From Mustelus asterias (lineage: Eukaryota): 64,000 nt of DNA. The notes under the pieces were generated by a model. It did no database searches and was not told where the DNA came from. It worked only from the letters and a program-made list of their open reading frames with translations. Positions 26,106 through 40,100 of the stretch are shown one piece after another (position 1 is the stretch's first letter; the number at the start of each line of letters is the position of its first letter). A program made the position numbers and the translations under genes. The stretch is from positions 36,828,001 to 36,892,000 of the forward strand of contig NC_135823.1 in NCBI RefSeq assembly GCF_964213995.1. The letters run 5' to 3'.

Positions 26106-26644
26106 AACTTTGATCTGTCAGTCGTCATACAATGATCTCAATTTTTTGTGTTTCTCCAATATTATTTAAGATGTCTTGTTTCAATGGATGCTGGAACAAG
26201 AAAATTAAATGGCTTGCATGTGTCTTCACTAATGTTGATCAAATGCAGTAAGCTATGATGCAGTACGTTGGACCAGCTAGATATTTGTGGATAATTTCAA
26301 GACTTTGGTCTTTGAGTCTTTGCCCAATGTTGATCTCTTGTGATCTGTGCTGATTGCGTTTCCCGTCATAAAAAAGGCTGAGTTGAAGAATATTTCAAGA
26401 AATGCGTACACCATTGTTTAATTATTCAATTTGAATTGGAGAAAAAATAGTAATTATTGGAGGTATTTTATGATCTTGAGTTCCTTATATTTAGGACTCC
26501 ATTCAGTGGCATGTATGGTTGTTCCAGTTTGATGTGATGGATATGTGACGTGAAATTCGACTGGAGCTTGCTTATATTTTTACAGGTTATAAATAAGGAT
26601 GGCATTTTAATGCTACTTTGTCAAATAGCATTTTTTGGCTCCAC

Positions 26645-28400
26645 AGAAGTTTATTTGCCTCTTGGCAAACCTGATGGTTATCAAACAGCATTTAACACTG
26701 AGCCACAGAAAGAGGTATTAAGGCAGGTCACCAAATCCTTGGTCAAAGACATTGGTTATTAAGAAGCATCTTAAAGGAAGAATGGAAGGAAGTGAGATTT
26801 GGAGTGGGAATTTGTGAACTTTGGGTCATAGCAACTGAAGGCAGGGCAGCTAATGGGAGTATTTAAAACCGAGTTGTTCAAGAGGCTAGAATTGAAGGAG
26901 TGCAGATATTTCAACAGGGGTAAGAGATTACATAGATGGGGGGAAATCCATGGAGGGCTTTGTAAACTAAGATGAGAATTTTAAAATTGGGCATTGTTTA
27001 ACCAAAGACACTGGATGAATGAGGATGGATTATGGTACTTGGTGTGAGTTAAAACAAGAGCAGCATAGCTTTAGATGAGTTCCTGGAATGAAAAGAGAAA
27101 TGGGAGTAGGTAATTTGGCTCCTGCTCCACCAGTCAACAAGATCATAGCTAATTTGATTGTGGCCTTAATTCCACTTTTTTTGCCTGCCCCTGTAAACTT
27201 TGTCTCACAGAAATCTCCCGTTTAACTCTGGCTTGAATATATTCAATGACATAGGCATGGATTTGAGAGGCGACATTATGTTGAAGGATTTTTGCAGAGG
27301 CACAGGAGATTGGAAATGGGACAATAGTTTGCATTGTTGGGTGGGAAATCAATGGGTTTTTTTTTGAGGGTGCGATGACAGCAGATTTGAAGAGAGCAAA
27401 ACAGTACCCAAGGAGTGAGACAAGTTAATAATATCTGTTAACATGATGACCAGAGTGGGACATTAGGTGGTCAACAATTGAGTGGGAATAGGGTTGAGGT
27501 AGCAGGAGGACAAGATGAGCTTCGACAGGTAATTGGAGGGGGATGGGGGGGGGGGGGGGGGAGAAAATAAAAGAAAGTAGCAAAAGAGTAAGTTTAGGGC
27601 CTTGAGGCAGGCAGAAGTCTTAGATGGAGTTTGACAAGGAGGGCAGAGGTACCAAATTTGATCCCAATCTTAGTAACCAAGTCCATGATCTCCTTGCACA
27701 TTGGAGGTGAACATGGACGGGGTGGAAAGAGGGGCTGAAGACAGTTTGCTGAGGGCTGGCTTTGCTTTTCAAGATGGTCCTGGAATAGTGAGCTCTTTTG
27801 GCAGTTGATAAAATGGCCTGATAATGTTTTATATTGTCCAGCAAGATCTGGAGATGGATAGCTGAACTGCTTGTCTTATTGGTTTCAGTCTGCATCCCTT
27901 GGACTTGAAGTAAAGATGAGGGGTGTACCATGTGGAGGGACCAGTGTTCAAGATATTAATGGTTTAAATTAAATATGGTGAATGGAGGGTCATGAATCAG
28001 GTGAGACTTCTTTTACCAGGGGCCAGGTTGGTGGGAACGGGTTGTGGGAGGGGAGGAATATAAGTGATCGGAAATAGTCTTGTCTGATTCACACAATGGT
28101 AGGAACAAAGCCTCTTGAGATGGAACGGTCACGAGGATGGTTGTGAATATGGGTTGGCAGTTTCTATGAAGGGAGAGACTAGAGGATAGGAAACTGAACT
28201 CTGAGGTGAGACAGTATGTTGAGATGGAATTTGAAATCACCAAGTATGTGAAACCCCTTGTTGCAGAGGCTGAGGGGAAAAAGCAGTGAAGATATTTTGG
28301 TGAAAATTTATAATGTGCATCATGCAGAAGTATAGACTTGGTTTCCATGGAAGTCCAAATTTGAGGAGAAAAGACAGTGCTCACTAAGGAAAACGAGCCA
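26645..28400 (-). mobile_element. Old L2-like LINE, antisense, in intron 1
   Basis: Reverse-complemented L2-type 3' end (..GGTCACCAAATCCTTGGTCAAAG..) and degenerate ORF2 peptides (HYQAILSTAKRAHYSRTI). Confidence 0.6.
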
Positions 28401-30115
28401 GAGATGGGCAGTGGTAGTTTAATCTAGCAATTAACTTGTAGTTGGGGTTAAAATGCACTCAATTTTAGGGCCAGGGAAGCTTAAAAAGTGGAAGAGATGA
28501 GATTGGGGAGAAGAAGCACAAGGGTGGGGAGCTGACCAAGCAGGAGCCATTTTAGATCACCAAAAAATTAATCTTGAGAAGGAACGACTAGTCTAAATCT
28601 CTGTTGCTCTGATCTGGCAACAAAGTTGACAAGCACTCATCTATATCTTGCAAAGTTCTCTGACAGAACAGCTATTACATTTTAATTGAGTATTCTTATT
28701 CACCTTTTGTAGCAAAATGTTTTCCAGCAGTTTTTAACTAAATATTAAATGATAAAAGCATTCTAGTTCTTGGTAAATCAGAACTTATGTTTATTGTGTG
28801 TCATCAGGAATAATCATATAGTAAGTTGTGGATATTAGCCAATTTAACAGAGATTTATTTGGCCTGTGGGCTCATAAAAATCTTAAAATGAAATTATCCC
28901 AGAGTTGTAGTTATGTCATTGGACTTGTAGTCCATGTACCTTAAATAATATTCCAGTGAATCAGCAGTTTGAACATTTAAGTTCAGTTTGCAAAATTAAA
29001 GTGTAAAACGCTTCTGTCAGTAAAAGTACCATGCAATTTAAATTTAGCATGATATAAATAAATGTAACTTCAGATGATTGATTTGTGAAAAGTACAATTT
29101 TAAAAACTGAAACTTCAGTTATGTCAATATTATCCTATTCGTGTCGTGAGGGATTCGGATGCCTTCGTTGCCATATGGTTTTGATTGCTAAATGTTATGT
29201 TAAACTGAATATTATACAATAGGAAAGTCACTGTTTATGGTTAAATATTTTTTTTAATCATTCAAGTTTTATTATAGTCATTTGACAGCTACCTTTTTCA
29301 TACATTTCACGGTAAGACATATCAGCCAAATAGAGTTGGGGGGAAAATCGTGCTGTGATGCTCAATGCATATGTTATGAAACTTTGCCCCATTGACAGGG
29401 CAAGTGTTATATTCCACGGTCCCCTGTTGTGCATGCATACAAGGTTTCCATGATCACATGATTCTGCAATTTTTAAAATGGCAATCTGAGTTCAGCGGAG
29501 TAATGAAATGAGCTCCTTCTACAAATGATAGAACTAATATTAAAAAGGAAAGCTGCTGATGTGGTAATTTTAGACCGTAGATCTTCTGTATGCATAGGAA
29601 TCCTTTCGTGTTGAAATCTACTGTCTTAAGATGTGTTACACTACTCAAATCCTCTATTGCTTTGGACTCATTCTAGATTAATCAGCACTGCACTTTTATC
29701 AATAGAACTTTCTAGTAAATTGCTTTGGGTTTTTCTCCGCAGAAGTACCTAAATTGGCAAGCTCTTTAGCTTAAGAACAAATAAATCCAGTCCATGGATT
29801 GAGATTATTTGGTGATTTAGTGAACTTATTTTATGAAATAAGTTCTGTTTCTCTCGCTGTTACTGCAACCATTTTACAAATTGTTGGACAAAAGGGATAT
29901 TTTACTGTTTTTGATAATCTCCCAGCACGTTAGTGAAAGTACAGTGATGCTCTCCTCCAAAAGCCATTCCTAGAAAGAAACCAATGTCTGATCCCTTTGC
30001 TTTTGGATTATTAAAGCAATTAAATGAAATAATTATGTATTCTGCAGTTTCAGGAGAATGAAAGTTCTTTGTAATCTGACACCAGTAGAATAATGGTTTC
30101 CTTAATTCTTTACAG

Positions 30116-30215
30116 AATATACGGATGATAATGCTTTAATCCCCAAGAATTCATCAGTTATTATAAAAAGAATTCCTATTGGAGGTGTGAAATCTGCAGG
30201 CAAAACATTTGTCAT
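30116..30215 (+). CDS. RBBP6: RBBP6 exon 2, DWNN C-terminal part (EYTDDNALIPKNSSVIIKRIPIGGVKSAGKTFVI)
   Basis: TTTACAG| acceptor, |GTAAGT donor, 100 nt, phase matches exon 1; ubiquitin-like di-Gly present. Confidence 0.98.
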
Positions 30216-31789
30216 GTAAGTAGTTGCAATTTTATCATGCAAAATATGCATGTTGACGGGTAGCATCGTTAGAGCTTGAGAATGATTGATGTATTTCAGA
30301 GCTGAACACCCTGCTGCTAATTGCTAAAATGCAGTTCAATCTTATTCTTCAGTGGATGCTTGAGAAATGCACTTCCACATTTAAATTGCCAGTCATAGGT
30401 TATGTAATTGTTATAGTGGAAGAGGACTTAACTGGACAATGCACTCTGCAGTCCTTTTGTTCTTCATTTTTAGATGCGAATGACAGCAGATAAGATTTTC
30501 GTGTGTTTTATGGCCAACAGTGCAATGCAGTTTATGGCCGACGATGCATTGCAGTATCTTAGTTCTGTAATGTATTATTATATCAAATATTTTGAATGTG
30601 TGCGCACCTATGATATCGTGTTGGAGGAAACAACAGGCTGTCCAATGACTGCAATAACAAAGGATGGTGATTGGTTGTTTCAATGCAATTGCAAAATGCA
30701 TAAAAATATAGGAAGGTAATTGATGTACTGCATTTCAGAATTCTTTTGTAAAGTTCAGGGATGGCGTGCCTTGTGTGACTGAAGAAACTGAGGTTTGGTC
30801 CTGGAAGAGACAAGAATGGACTCTCATTGCACTGTTGTCCATTATGTTCACCACCTTTCTCATTACTGTAAGCCAAACAAACTTAGCTGATAACAGCCCA
30901 AGCCAAATCTGATTCATCAGGCAGACCTTGTCCCTTTTTGTGAGCAAGTCTGAGGTTATTACTGAAATATTGCCAATAAATATGACATCTCCAAACTTTA
31001 AGCCAGTGTTATTTTGACTTCATGGGCTGTTTGAGTCAATACGTAGACCATATAAAAAGTTTACATAGTCCCGTTTGCATATGGCTCAAACTGCAGAAGT
31101 AAACTGTATGTATTCTTAATTAAGATGTATCCATCAACAATGCAGTCTTTCCAAACAAGAAGCATAATTCACAAATAAAATTGAGTTGTAAACCCTTGGA
31201 AACTGGCAATGATCATTTTCTATAACCTCAATCTAATAACTTAATTTTTCTTCTGTTTTTGCCCTGCCCAAGCACCAGCACTTTCTAATGTCTGCATTCT
31301 CAGTTTGCCTCCTTCTGAACTTGGCTAAATAAATGCAGCAGAGTCGAGTCAATTTTCAAATTTTTTTATACTGTTGGGGCTGTTGTGTGAATCTTAAATC
31401 AATTTTCTGGAAGTAATCACTTGGCAAAGCAGCTGCCTCTTTGCAAAATTACAGCTCTGTGGAGGAGTACCTCAACATGATTATTGAATATCCTCAAATG
31501 CATTTGCAGGCTAGTAATTTCTCGATGGGGGTATATTCTAACAATTCAAGAAGATGTACTGGGAAGAGTACAAAGCCATTTTATTACATTGAATTGATCC
31601 AGAATAAACTAGTTCTGTCTCTGCTACTTTGTATGAGAAGAGATGCAAAACTTAAGTTTGTTGAGTAAAAGTATTTGAAAAGTAACACTTATAACCTTTT
31701 GTTCCTGTTTCATTTCTCTTGCTACTCCCTGCATGTTAAATATAATGTTTTCAAATCTTGATATAGAAACATCATGGTAATTCAAGTTC

Positions 31790-32630
31790 TATTAATTCAG
31801 ACCCCAGTATCATAAGACTGGCAAACTGAGAATAGGCATCTCCAAGATCAGTGCTAAGACCGCTATTGTTCACCAATGGTAAATGATTTGAACTCTTGTT
31901 GGAAGCACAATTTCAAGATTTTCAGATCATCCCAAATTGAAGGCTATATTTATTAGGAGGACTGAGACAAAATACAGGAGAGTAAATAAACTTATGGAAT
32001 GGCATATGAAGTATAATTGACAGATTAACTTTATTGTAGAAAAGTGAGAGGTAGTATGATGTGGTAGTGAGGATCAAGAGATCTCATACTCTTCGGAAAA
32101 TAAGTATCTACAAGGACCAGAGGAATTTGGGACTACAGTTACACAAATTCTAAATATAACAACAATTAAAACCATAAAAAACAAATCGAGCATTGGAGTT
32201 CATTTCTACAGGGGTAGAATTGAAAAGCAGAGAAGGTTATTAGAAGCTTGATTAGACAATACTTTCAGGAAAGATTAAACTTGAAGGTGACTTGATCGAA
32301 GCTTTTTAAGATTATGTAAGTGTTTCTTAGGGTAGACATAGAGAAAGTGCTCTCATTTGCAGGTGAAAACAGAACTAGGTGCCATAAATATGCCTCTAAT
32401 GAATTCAGGAGAAACTTATTTACCAATTGTGGTGGGACTGTGAAACTTGCTACCACAAGAGTAGATGAGACAAATAGCATTGATACGTACGAGGGGAAGG
32501 AAGCTGGGTATAAACCTGAGGGAGAAAGGCTTGAAAGAGGTAGATCAAGTAGGATGGGAGGAGACTTGTGTGGAGCATAAACACCACGAGGGACCTGTTG
32601 GGCAGAGTGGCCTTTTTCTATGCTGTATGT
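31790..32630 (+). mobile_element. Degenerate CR1 3' portion
   Basis: Decayed QGSVL.P, GDLIEAFKI and RTRCHK motifs, with tail GGCAGAGTGGCCTTTTTCTATGCTGTA. Confidence 0.7.
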
Positions 32631-32777
32631 ACTAAGTATCTGTGTGATAAAAGAACCTTGCTTGCATTCCTGTGCAATACAATAGACACTTGGTTCTTTA
32701 GGTGTAACGTATTTTGTTGGTTCTTAGGCTTTGACTTAATTTAGTTACAACATGGCACATTTATACATCCCATTAAA

Positions 32778-32930
32778 GAAGCAAAATGCTTCAGATGCTA
32801 GAAATCTGAAAAAAAACAAAATGCTGGAAATACACAGCAGTTAGAAGGTTATCAATCTGAAATCTTAGCTCTTTGCATAGATTCCCAACCTGTTGAGTAT
32901 TTCTAGCATTTTCTGTTTTCATTTCAAAGC
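32778..32930. repeat. Short inverted Penelope-like terminal repeat remnant
   Basis: AAAATGCTGGAAATACACAGCAG versus CTGTTGAGTATTTCTAGCATTTT; same family as 2243-2897, ~20703-20768 and ~42490-42570. Confidence 0.65.
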
Positions 32931-34066
32931 AAGAAAATTCATCTTTAATGGTGATGTGTTAATGTTGATCTTATGAATCTAAGTGCATATTCTTTAAACT
33001 TGAGGCATTCATAGAAATTGTCTAACAAATGTTGCGTTGCTTCTAAATATTTTTCCTGCGCATTTTCTGCACTTATAATATTCAGTATTGAATTAAGTGT
33101 AAATATCAAAGCAGGAATTAAATGACTTTGAATCGAGTAGGCTAATACAAGACTAGCATTTGTACGTATTCTGTTTCAAATGCCCAATAACATTTCGGGT
33201 ATAACATATATCATATCTACAAATGTGTTAATTGTGTGCACAGCAAGATCCCACAAACAGCAATGAGACGATTGACTACTAATCTGTTATTTGCTAAAGA
33301 GGAAAAGATGTTGGTTAGGATGTGTCTTTCACAGGATGTCATGGCATTGTAAACATCCACACCTCCCCCTGAATGCTCAATTGAGTGCTCAAATCCTAGA
33401 ATTTTGATTTAAAGAACACCAATTGGGTTTAGTACCCTCTTGCCTGGGTCAGTGGAATTGCTGCAAGTAGTTTCAGGGCAGAAGATTATGTCAACTAGTT
33501 TTCTATTATTTTGAGTCTAGACATGAATGTCAGGATGACTGTTGTCAATACACAAGTTAGATTAACTTCTATCAGTCTGTAGAAATATTTTTATGCTCCT
33601 TGAGTTGACTCTATTGCATATGGATCTGTCGTAGGTGCTAAATTTTACTGGTGTTTGACTTCAAAACTACCTAGTATCAGAATATATTGTGTGTAATTAT
33701 CCATCGTACAAATGCATTCAATCAAGATGATGAGGCAAGCTGGATCACTGACTTTTTTTGGTCAGGACTAACGCTTGAATCATGTACTTTTTTTGGGGTC
33801 ATACGATTTGTTGCTGTTTTGAAACTGAATTTTGGCTATTCGTTTTTTTTATTCATGAGTAATCCCTCAAGATTTTTCAACGCCCGCAGTGGGAACATTG
33901 ATAATTCATTATTGAAAGATTCTGTAGTTTTGTGGTTACGCACTGCTTGTAAATGATGTTTTCTCCCTCTTCACCATCTTGTTGTTCCTACATATATTTA
34001 TGTTTATCTTGTGAATGCACAGAGACATGACTGTAACATCTTTACAAACTGTATTCTACTTTTCAG

Positions 34067-34103
34067 AGATCGTTCTGAACCAGCAAGTGGAACATCGAAA
34101 GCA
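34067..34103 (+). CDS. RBBP6: RBBP6 exon 3 (DRSEPASGTSKA)
   Basis: TTTTCAG| acceptor, |GTATGT donor, 37 nt, phases match the flanking exons. Confidence 0.93.
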
Positions 34104-34160
34104 GTATGTAAAACAAAAATACAATCTGAACCTTTTCTATTCTTGATTTGTTACATCTAA
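34104..34160 (+). CDS. RBBP6: Read-through terminal segment of a DWNN-only short isoform (VCKTKIQSEPFLFLICYI*)
   Basis: In-frame continuation past the exon 3 donor gives a 119-aa protein whose tail begins VCK, like human isoform 3. AATAAA signals lie downstream. Confidence 0.7.
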   Translation, partial: VCKTKIQSEPFLFLICYI

Positions 34161-37100
34161 GTTGCTATTTTTAAATGATAACCATTAGACAATAATGTTA
34201 ATTATTTTTAAAATAGTTTTAAATGCAATGCATAAACTTAAGTATACCATGATACACACCTTACCAGGGTATGTTTTGTAATGCCTACTAAAATGCATTC
34301 GTCATATTTTAAAATACTGATGGATAATCTTTAGAAATAATTGCCCATATCTGCACATATTATCTGTATGTGTGAACTAATAGTGGTGCAATATAATGCA
34401 CTGTATTTCAAGTTGAAATTGCTAGTTAATTTCTGTATGACTCAAATGTTGTACAGATCAGTGTATGATCATTTTCAGAGCTTGTGGTTCAACGGTCTAC
34501 TATGGTGAACATGAAAGTGTTCATGTGATGTCTGTCTTTATTTAGTATTACATGTGTATAGGCTATGTGCATTCTGTTTATTCAAATAAAGAATGTTTGA
34601 AGTGTATTATCTTCCATTTCACATTGTATCACTCAACTTTTTATGATTTAATAGTTATGAAACAGGTTTCTTTACACTATGATAAGGCACATGACAAATC
34701 CACATTAGACTCTAGCACTTGTTGGATATGCAGCAGCTGTTGAATTTGTGCAGTTCTAACACTTTCTTCCTCGATAATTCTTTTCCATAACAGCACTTTT
34801 TCTTAAACTTTGAGCTCAAACAAACTAAAATTTGACAAATATCACTAAATAACAGGAATATTCAATCCTTCTGTTAATTTTCCTTTTCTGGTTACAGAAC
34901 TTTGCAAATAATGGAAGTCAGTAGGCTTTTGTGGTGCTACTTAAACTGGTATATTTTTATGTCTGTATTGGTAATAAACTATTCCATACCGTATGTACAT
35001 GATTTTTCAGTTGCACACCACAGAAATCCCCTGATTTGTCAATTTAAAGCTTAATTCTGGCTGTTTTGTCCTTCTGTGTTACCTATGAAGTAAAAGTTGA
35101 ATACCTTTTTGTTTGAGCCCTTTTAATAAAACACATTTCCCAAAAAAATAAACTTTCTTCATGTGTGCTAATGAGGCATACTAAGAATTTGAGTGTCAAC
35201 TTAATTATGGATGTAGCCAGTTAATATCAACACTAAATGTTTGGTTTGATTTTGAATCTCCACGCATTTAGAAAACTTGAAAAGTAGCTTGCAAATTCTG
35301 CTTAATTCTCCTAATGTCCATAAAACTGTTTTTGTGGGCTTGTTCTGCATTTTTGGAAGTTTCAACTTAGCTGAAAGACGCTGTTGAAAGAGCTGGTCTC
35401 TGCCATGACATCCACCTTGTTAAAACAGATATTAGTCCAATTTACAGTAAAAATTACAGATTTTCTATTACAGCCCATGTAAATTCCTGATTATAGAATG
35501 ATGCCTTTTCTGTCTTTTACTCTGCTGAGAACTAATGCTGCTGATTTTTTTAAAGGCTTAGCTATGTGCTTCTGTTTTAAAAGTACTTAGCACCTACTTA
35601 TGGATGCACTTTAAACATTAATAAATTATAGCTAAGGGTTAAATAAATTCTACTTTGGGGATGGTGGGGTGAGCGGTGGATGGTGCAGTATGAATAATGG
35701 AAGTTACATACGACTTTGCACTGAGATTTCTGAGCCCTGTTTATGTCAAGTGATTTCCACACATTCTGAACATGACCTTGACCAAGGTATGCTGAAGTTG
35801 TGTTTTAACAAATTTGCGACCTGGCTGATCAAAGCAGTGGATGCTGACATTTCTTTTAAAAATCAAGAGATGTAGTTAGTGTAAATAAGCAGAATCAGCT
35901 CCATTAAGTGATCTTTATCCACTGACTGCATAAACAGACGGGTCCAGTTGTTCCCCATTGTAGATATGAAAAGAAAAATGGTCTAAAATGATTAACCATG
36001 ATGAAGTATTGTAATGGGTTCCCATATTCTTAGCCCTCCTGCCACAAAACAAGTAATAGTGTAGGTAACCTTATCAAACAAAAATAAATTCTTGATGCAC
36101 CTTCACAAAAAAACAAATGACATATTGGCATTTATATAGTTTATCTTGTTGAGTCTTGAAGTGCAACACGAAAGGAGTTTGTTTTGAAGTGGGGTGACTG
36201 TTGAAAATGCTACTGCAACACCCATTTTACAACAACGTCCACAAACAGCACCAGGATGAATGACCAATAATTTTTTTTAATTGATAGTTGAAGGAGAAAT
36301 GTTGGTTAGGATCTGAGCTCCCTTTTCTTAATTGTGTCCTGCAATCTTCAAGTATTTGCCTCAATCACTGGAGCAGGTACCTTGCTTTAATATTTTATCT
36401 GAAGGATACGATCTAAATGCATAGTTAAAAATTAGACTACCTCACTGAAGGACCAACTGCTCATTTTTAACATTAGCACAATTCACAAAAGAATGGATGA
36501 AGTAGCATTGAAATTACTCTGTTGGACTGACAATGTTACAGGTTGCTCTGGTATTTGACTCAAATCATTGAGAATGAACATGGTAAGCCCTCTGCGATCT
36601 TGAGTTTGGAACATTTGTTCCATTTAATTCCATCAACAGTAACTCTTTGGATAAGAATGGGGAGGAAGTAACCTTACACGTTACTGTACTTCCATGTTTG
36701 GAAGTGTGCTGGGTGCATCCTCTTAAACACAAGAACAAGTATGCATTTATCAATTTGGAAGTTTTTTTTTTGCACTAATAATGAGGTACCTAATGCTTTG
36801 CATTAAGCAATGTAAATCAGCCAAGTGGAAATTTAGTGTTTAAAAAATTGATCGGATAATTTGAGTGTCTACTGTATTCAGATTTTTGCAGTTTGTAACA
36901 ATCTTAAAATGGCTTTAATCTCAAAGAAAGGACTGGCTATTGAGAAGTTTACAATTGGGGACTCTTCTACTTAAAACATTAGCATAACAAATTTATGCAA
37001 TAGTTTAAATCTTTGATCATAATCTAATCTATTGAGTAACTTAAATCATTAGCTTGCCTTGTACCACAATTGACTTTGTTCAAATAAATACTGTACTGAA

Positions 37101-40100
37101 TGTATAAACTACTTAGTGCTGTAATTATAGAGCAAGCCCTCAGTAATAAATGTTAACTGGTAAATATCTGACTACTTGATATTTTATAGCAGTAGGGTAT
37201 TAATGGTGTACTTTGATACTCTAAATTTTCCCCTAATCTGACAACATTTATCTTCCTTTAGCTATGGACATGTCAGGGCTTTCCCGTTTATATTTCTACA
37301 TTCATTATGCTAATATTCAGTAACTGCCACTCAACAATGTTTAACTCATTTGTCACATATTTGTTCCACTGTTTTCCACTTTGATTGTCTTGATCTGTTT
37401 CTCTTCACATTTTCTGCTGTTTTTGAATTCATAGTTTTCCTTCATTCTGTTTTGTCAAGTTTTATCCTTTTGCTCATGGAAGCAGCAGGGGAAGGCAAGA
37501 GAAAGAGGTTACAGACCTAGTTACCAGACTGCAGGGAAAGCTAAGCGAGGTCAGTGTTTAGCAGTGGTAATGGGATATACAAACATACTAAGTAAGATGT
37601 TTATGGTATAAACAGAAAAGATAGATGGGTTTCACTGCAAGAAAAAAATGTTTTCAAAATCCCCATTTAAGACCTGATCTATTTTATAAAAAAAACAAAT
37701 GTTTCATGCCATATCCACGTGCAAGTCTTTTATTACCTTTTAATTCATGTGTTATTCACTTACAAACTGTTTTCTGCCAACTCATTTTACTTCCTGAAAC
37801 TTAAATCATGAATATATATTTTTTTTAAGATAGGTGTGTTAAAAATTTGATACTTCATCTAAACCCCTAAAGTATTCCATTAACATGTGACATTCCCCAC
37901 TCCTTGTTTGGCTTACTGTTTTTAATTGGCTGTAAGGTGGTACAAAAGAGTAGCATGGTAGCTTTTCTTTCAGCAGGTACTCTGCCTCTGTTTAGTGTTC
38001 ATCAACAGGAATATGCATATGACAAACAAATCAGCAGTGATAGCCATCAATGCACAAAGCCCACATCATGCTTCTTCATAGTGTGGAACTTGGTGCTCTC
38101 ATGTTCCACTGGCAATGCTATTGTCATAGGCTAAGTTGTTAGAATCTGAAGATGTGCACATTAGCAATGGCAAAAGATTATCAGTAAATTAACTAATCAG
38201 TTACTAAACAGTTTGTCAATATATAAACTGCTTAAACTCCACCACTTGAAAAGGCTCTTAATCTCTCATCTCAGTAAAGAAAAAAAATACATTTATATAT
38301 CCACTTTCGGTTCTTGGAGCACCTGTGTTCAGATCCAATTAATTAATTTGAGTGTAGACACTGATCCATAGGGTAAATGCAAGATCCAATTTACACAGCA
38401 CAGTCCCACAGAATTTTAACTTGTGACCAAATACTCTGATATTGATAGTGGAGGAAATGTTGACCGAAACACCTGAAAGTGTCCTGCTTTTGAATAGCAC
38501 CATGGAGTATTTTTGGATCCATCTCGATGTGAATATCTTGTATGTATTCTTTGCAGGCAGAATTCTGCAATCTTTATTCATCTCAAAACCATTAGCACTC
38601 AAAACTTTGAAGTTTTTTTGGGGATGTTGATTTTAACAGAGCAGCAGGTCCCTTGTGCTATCAGTTGGTCTTTAAGATTGAATTGCTGAGGCCTGAAGCC
38701 ATTCTTTTCAGTTCTATTGTATGCAAAATTTTAAATATTCACATACCATGTACCAGAGGAAACTTGCTCCTCCAATCACATTTGAGATAGTGTAGCTGGC
38801 AAAGTTGGTCCAAATAGCTAAATGATTCAGTGGGGGTTAGATACTGTAAATGGCTGGCTGAATTGGAGTATATTAGGTGGTGTTAGAAATAAAACTATTT
38901 TAGGCAACTAGAAATGAGCTGCCTGATTTGAAATCCAGGTTTCAAATTTGATGTGTTTGACTGCTAATTTTTGGAACTCGTGGCTCGATGACACTCCAAT
39001 TGGCAATCTTACCTATGTGGGGCAGGTGTTTAACTGATTTTCAGTAGCAGCCAATGCATTCCATATCCACAATATATGACATTGCAATAAGAGGAATAAT
39101 GCAGATTGTTGAGCTAAATCTACTGAATTATCAGGCATTTACATATTCAGTATAAAGGCACTAAAAATATTTAATTTTCTATTTATGTTAAATGGTCGCA
39201 GTTATGTTACAGCCTTGACCAGTTCCCCAAGCGAGTCACTGAACCCAAAATCAATATTGAGTAGCTTGTAAGTTGAGTATTTATAGAGAGATTGTATTCT
39301 AGATAATTCATTAGTGCTTAATATAATTCATCAAGACTTTGGTTCACTGAAATGAAGAAGTGGATGGATTATAGTGCATAGAATTATCACTATATATGTT
39401 TGCACAACTGACCAAAAGTTACATGCTACAGAGAGAGTAATTAAGTATTTTTTTTATCCCAAGCTGTCCTATTTCTTAAATGTGTCTGAGCACTGTACAG
39501 CTGGATAAATAGTTTACCCACTGCTCACCAACAGCAATAAACCAAGCGAACATGGAAATATTTAAAATGCAAGCCATCTTTTTGGGCAAGGTAGAATTCG
39601 CTTGTGTCTGGTAGGGTGGGGATGGTAGTTGTGAACAATTTGTTTCCACATGGCTAGTTAGTGTCTATAAAGATTTTTTTTTTAAAAATCATCATAACAT
39701 CAGCCTTATGACCTTTAAATGTAAATCCTAGGCTGCTTTGTTACAGGCCTAGAAGACCATTGAACTGGCACAATATGAACATGATTATAAAAATGGCTTT
39801 TGTGCAGCAAAAATTAAATTAAGCCACAGGCAAGTTTTGAAATTGCTTCTAACTTGTAAATATTTTTTCTAACAGTAGCAAGGTTTCCAAGTTAAGTGGA
39901 GGATTTTCCCTTTCAAGTATCAGAACTTTTTTAAATCTTTGAAGCCTTGAGTACAGTACTTGAGCTCAAAACAGAATAGAAAAACAACAGTTTTGAGGTG
40001 AGGAGAAAATCTCCTTTGGCCATTACTCTCAGTTTAGTTATGTTGAGATCCTCCTTGTTCAATTCGCCTAAATAAATCTTTTTTTAAAATAGTATAGTTT

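Noticed and set aside
27546-27561. Poly-G/poly-C runs (also ~3916-3939, 40607-40620, 56358-56380)
   Set aside because: Simple homopolymers, often within repeats; lengths may be sequencing-dependent and there is no functional evidence.
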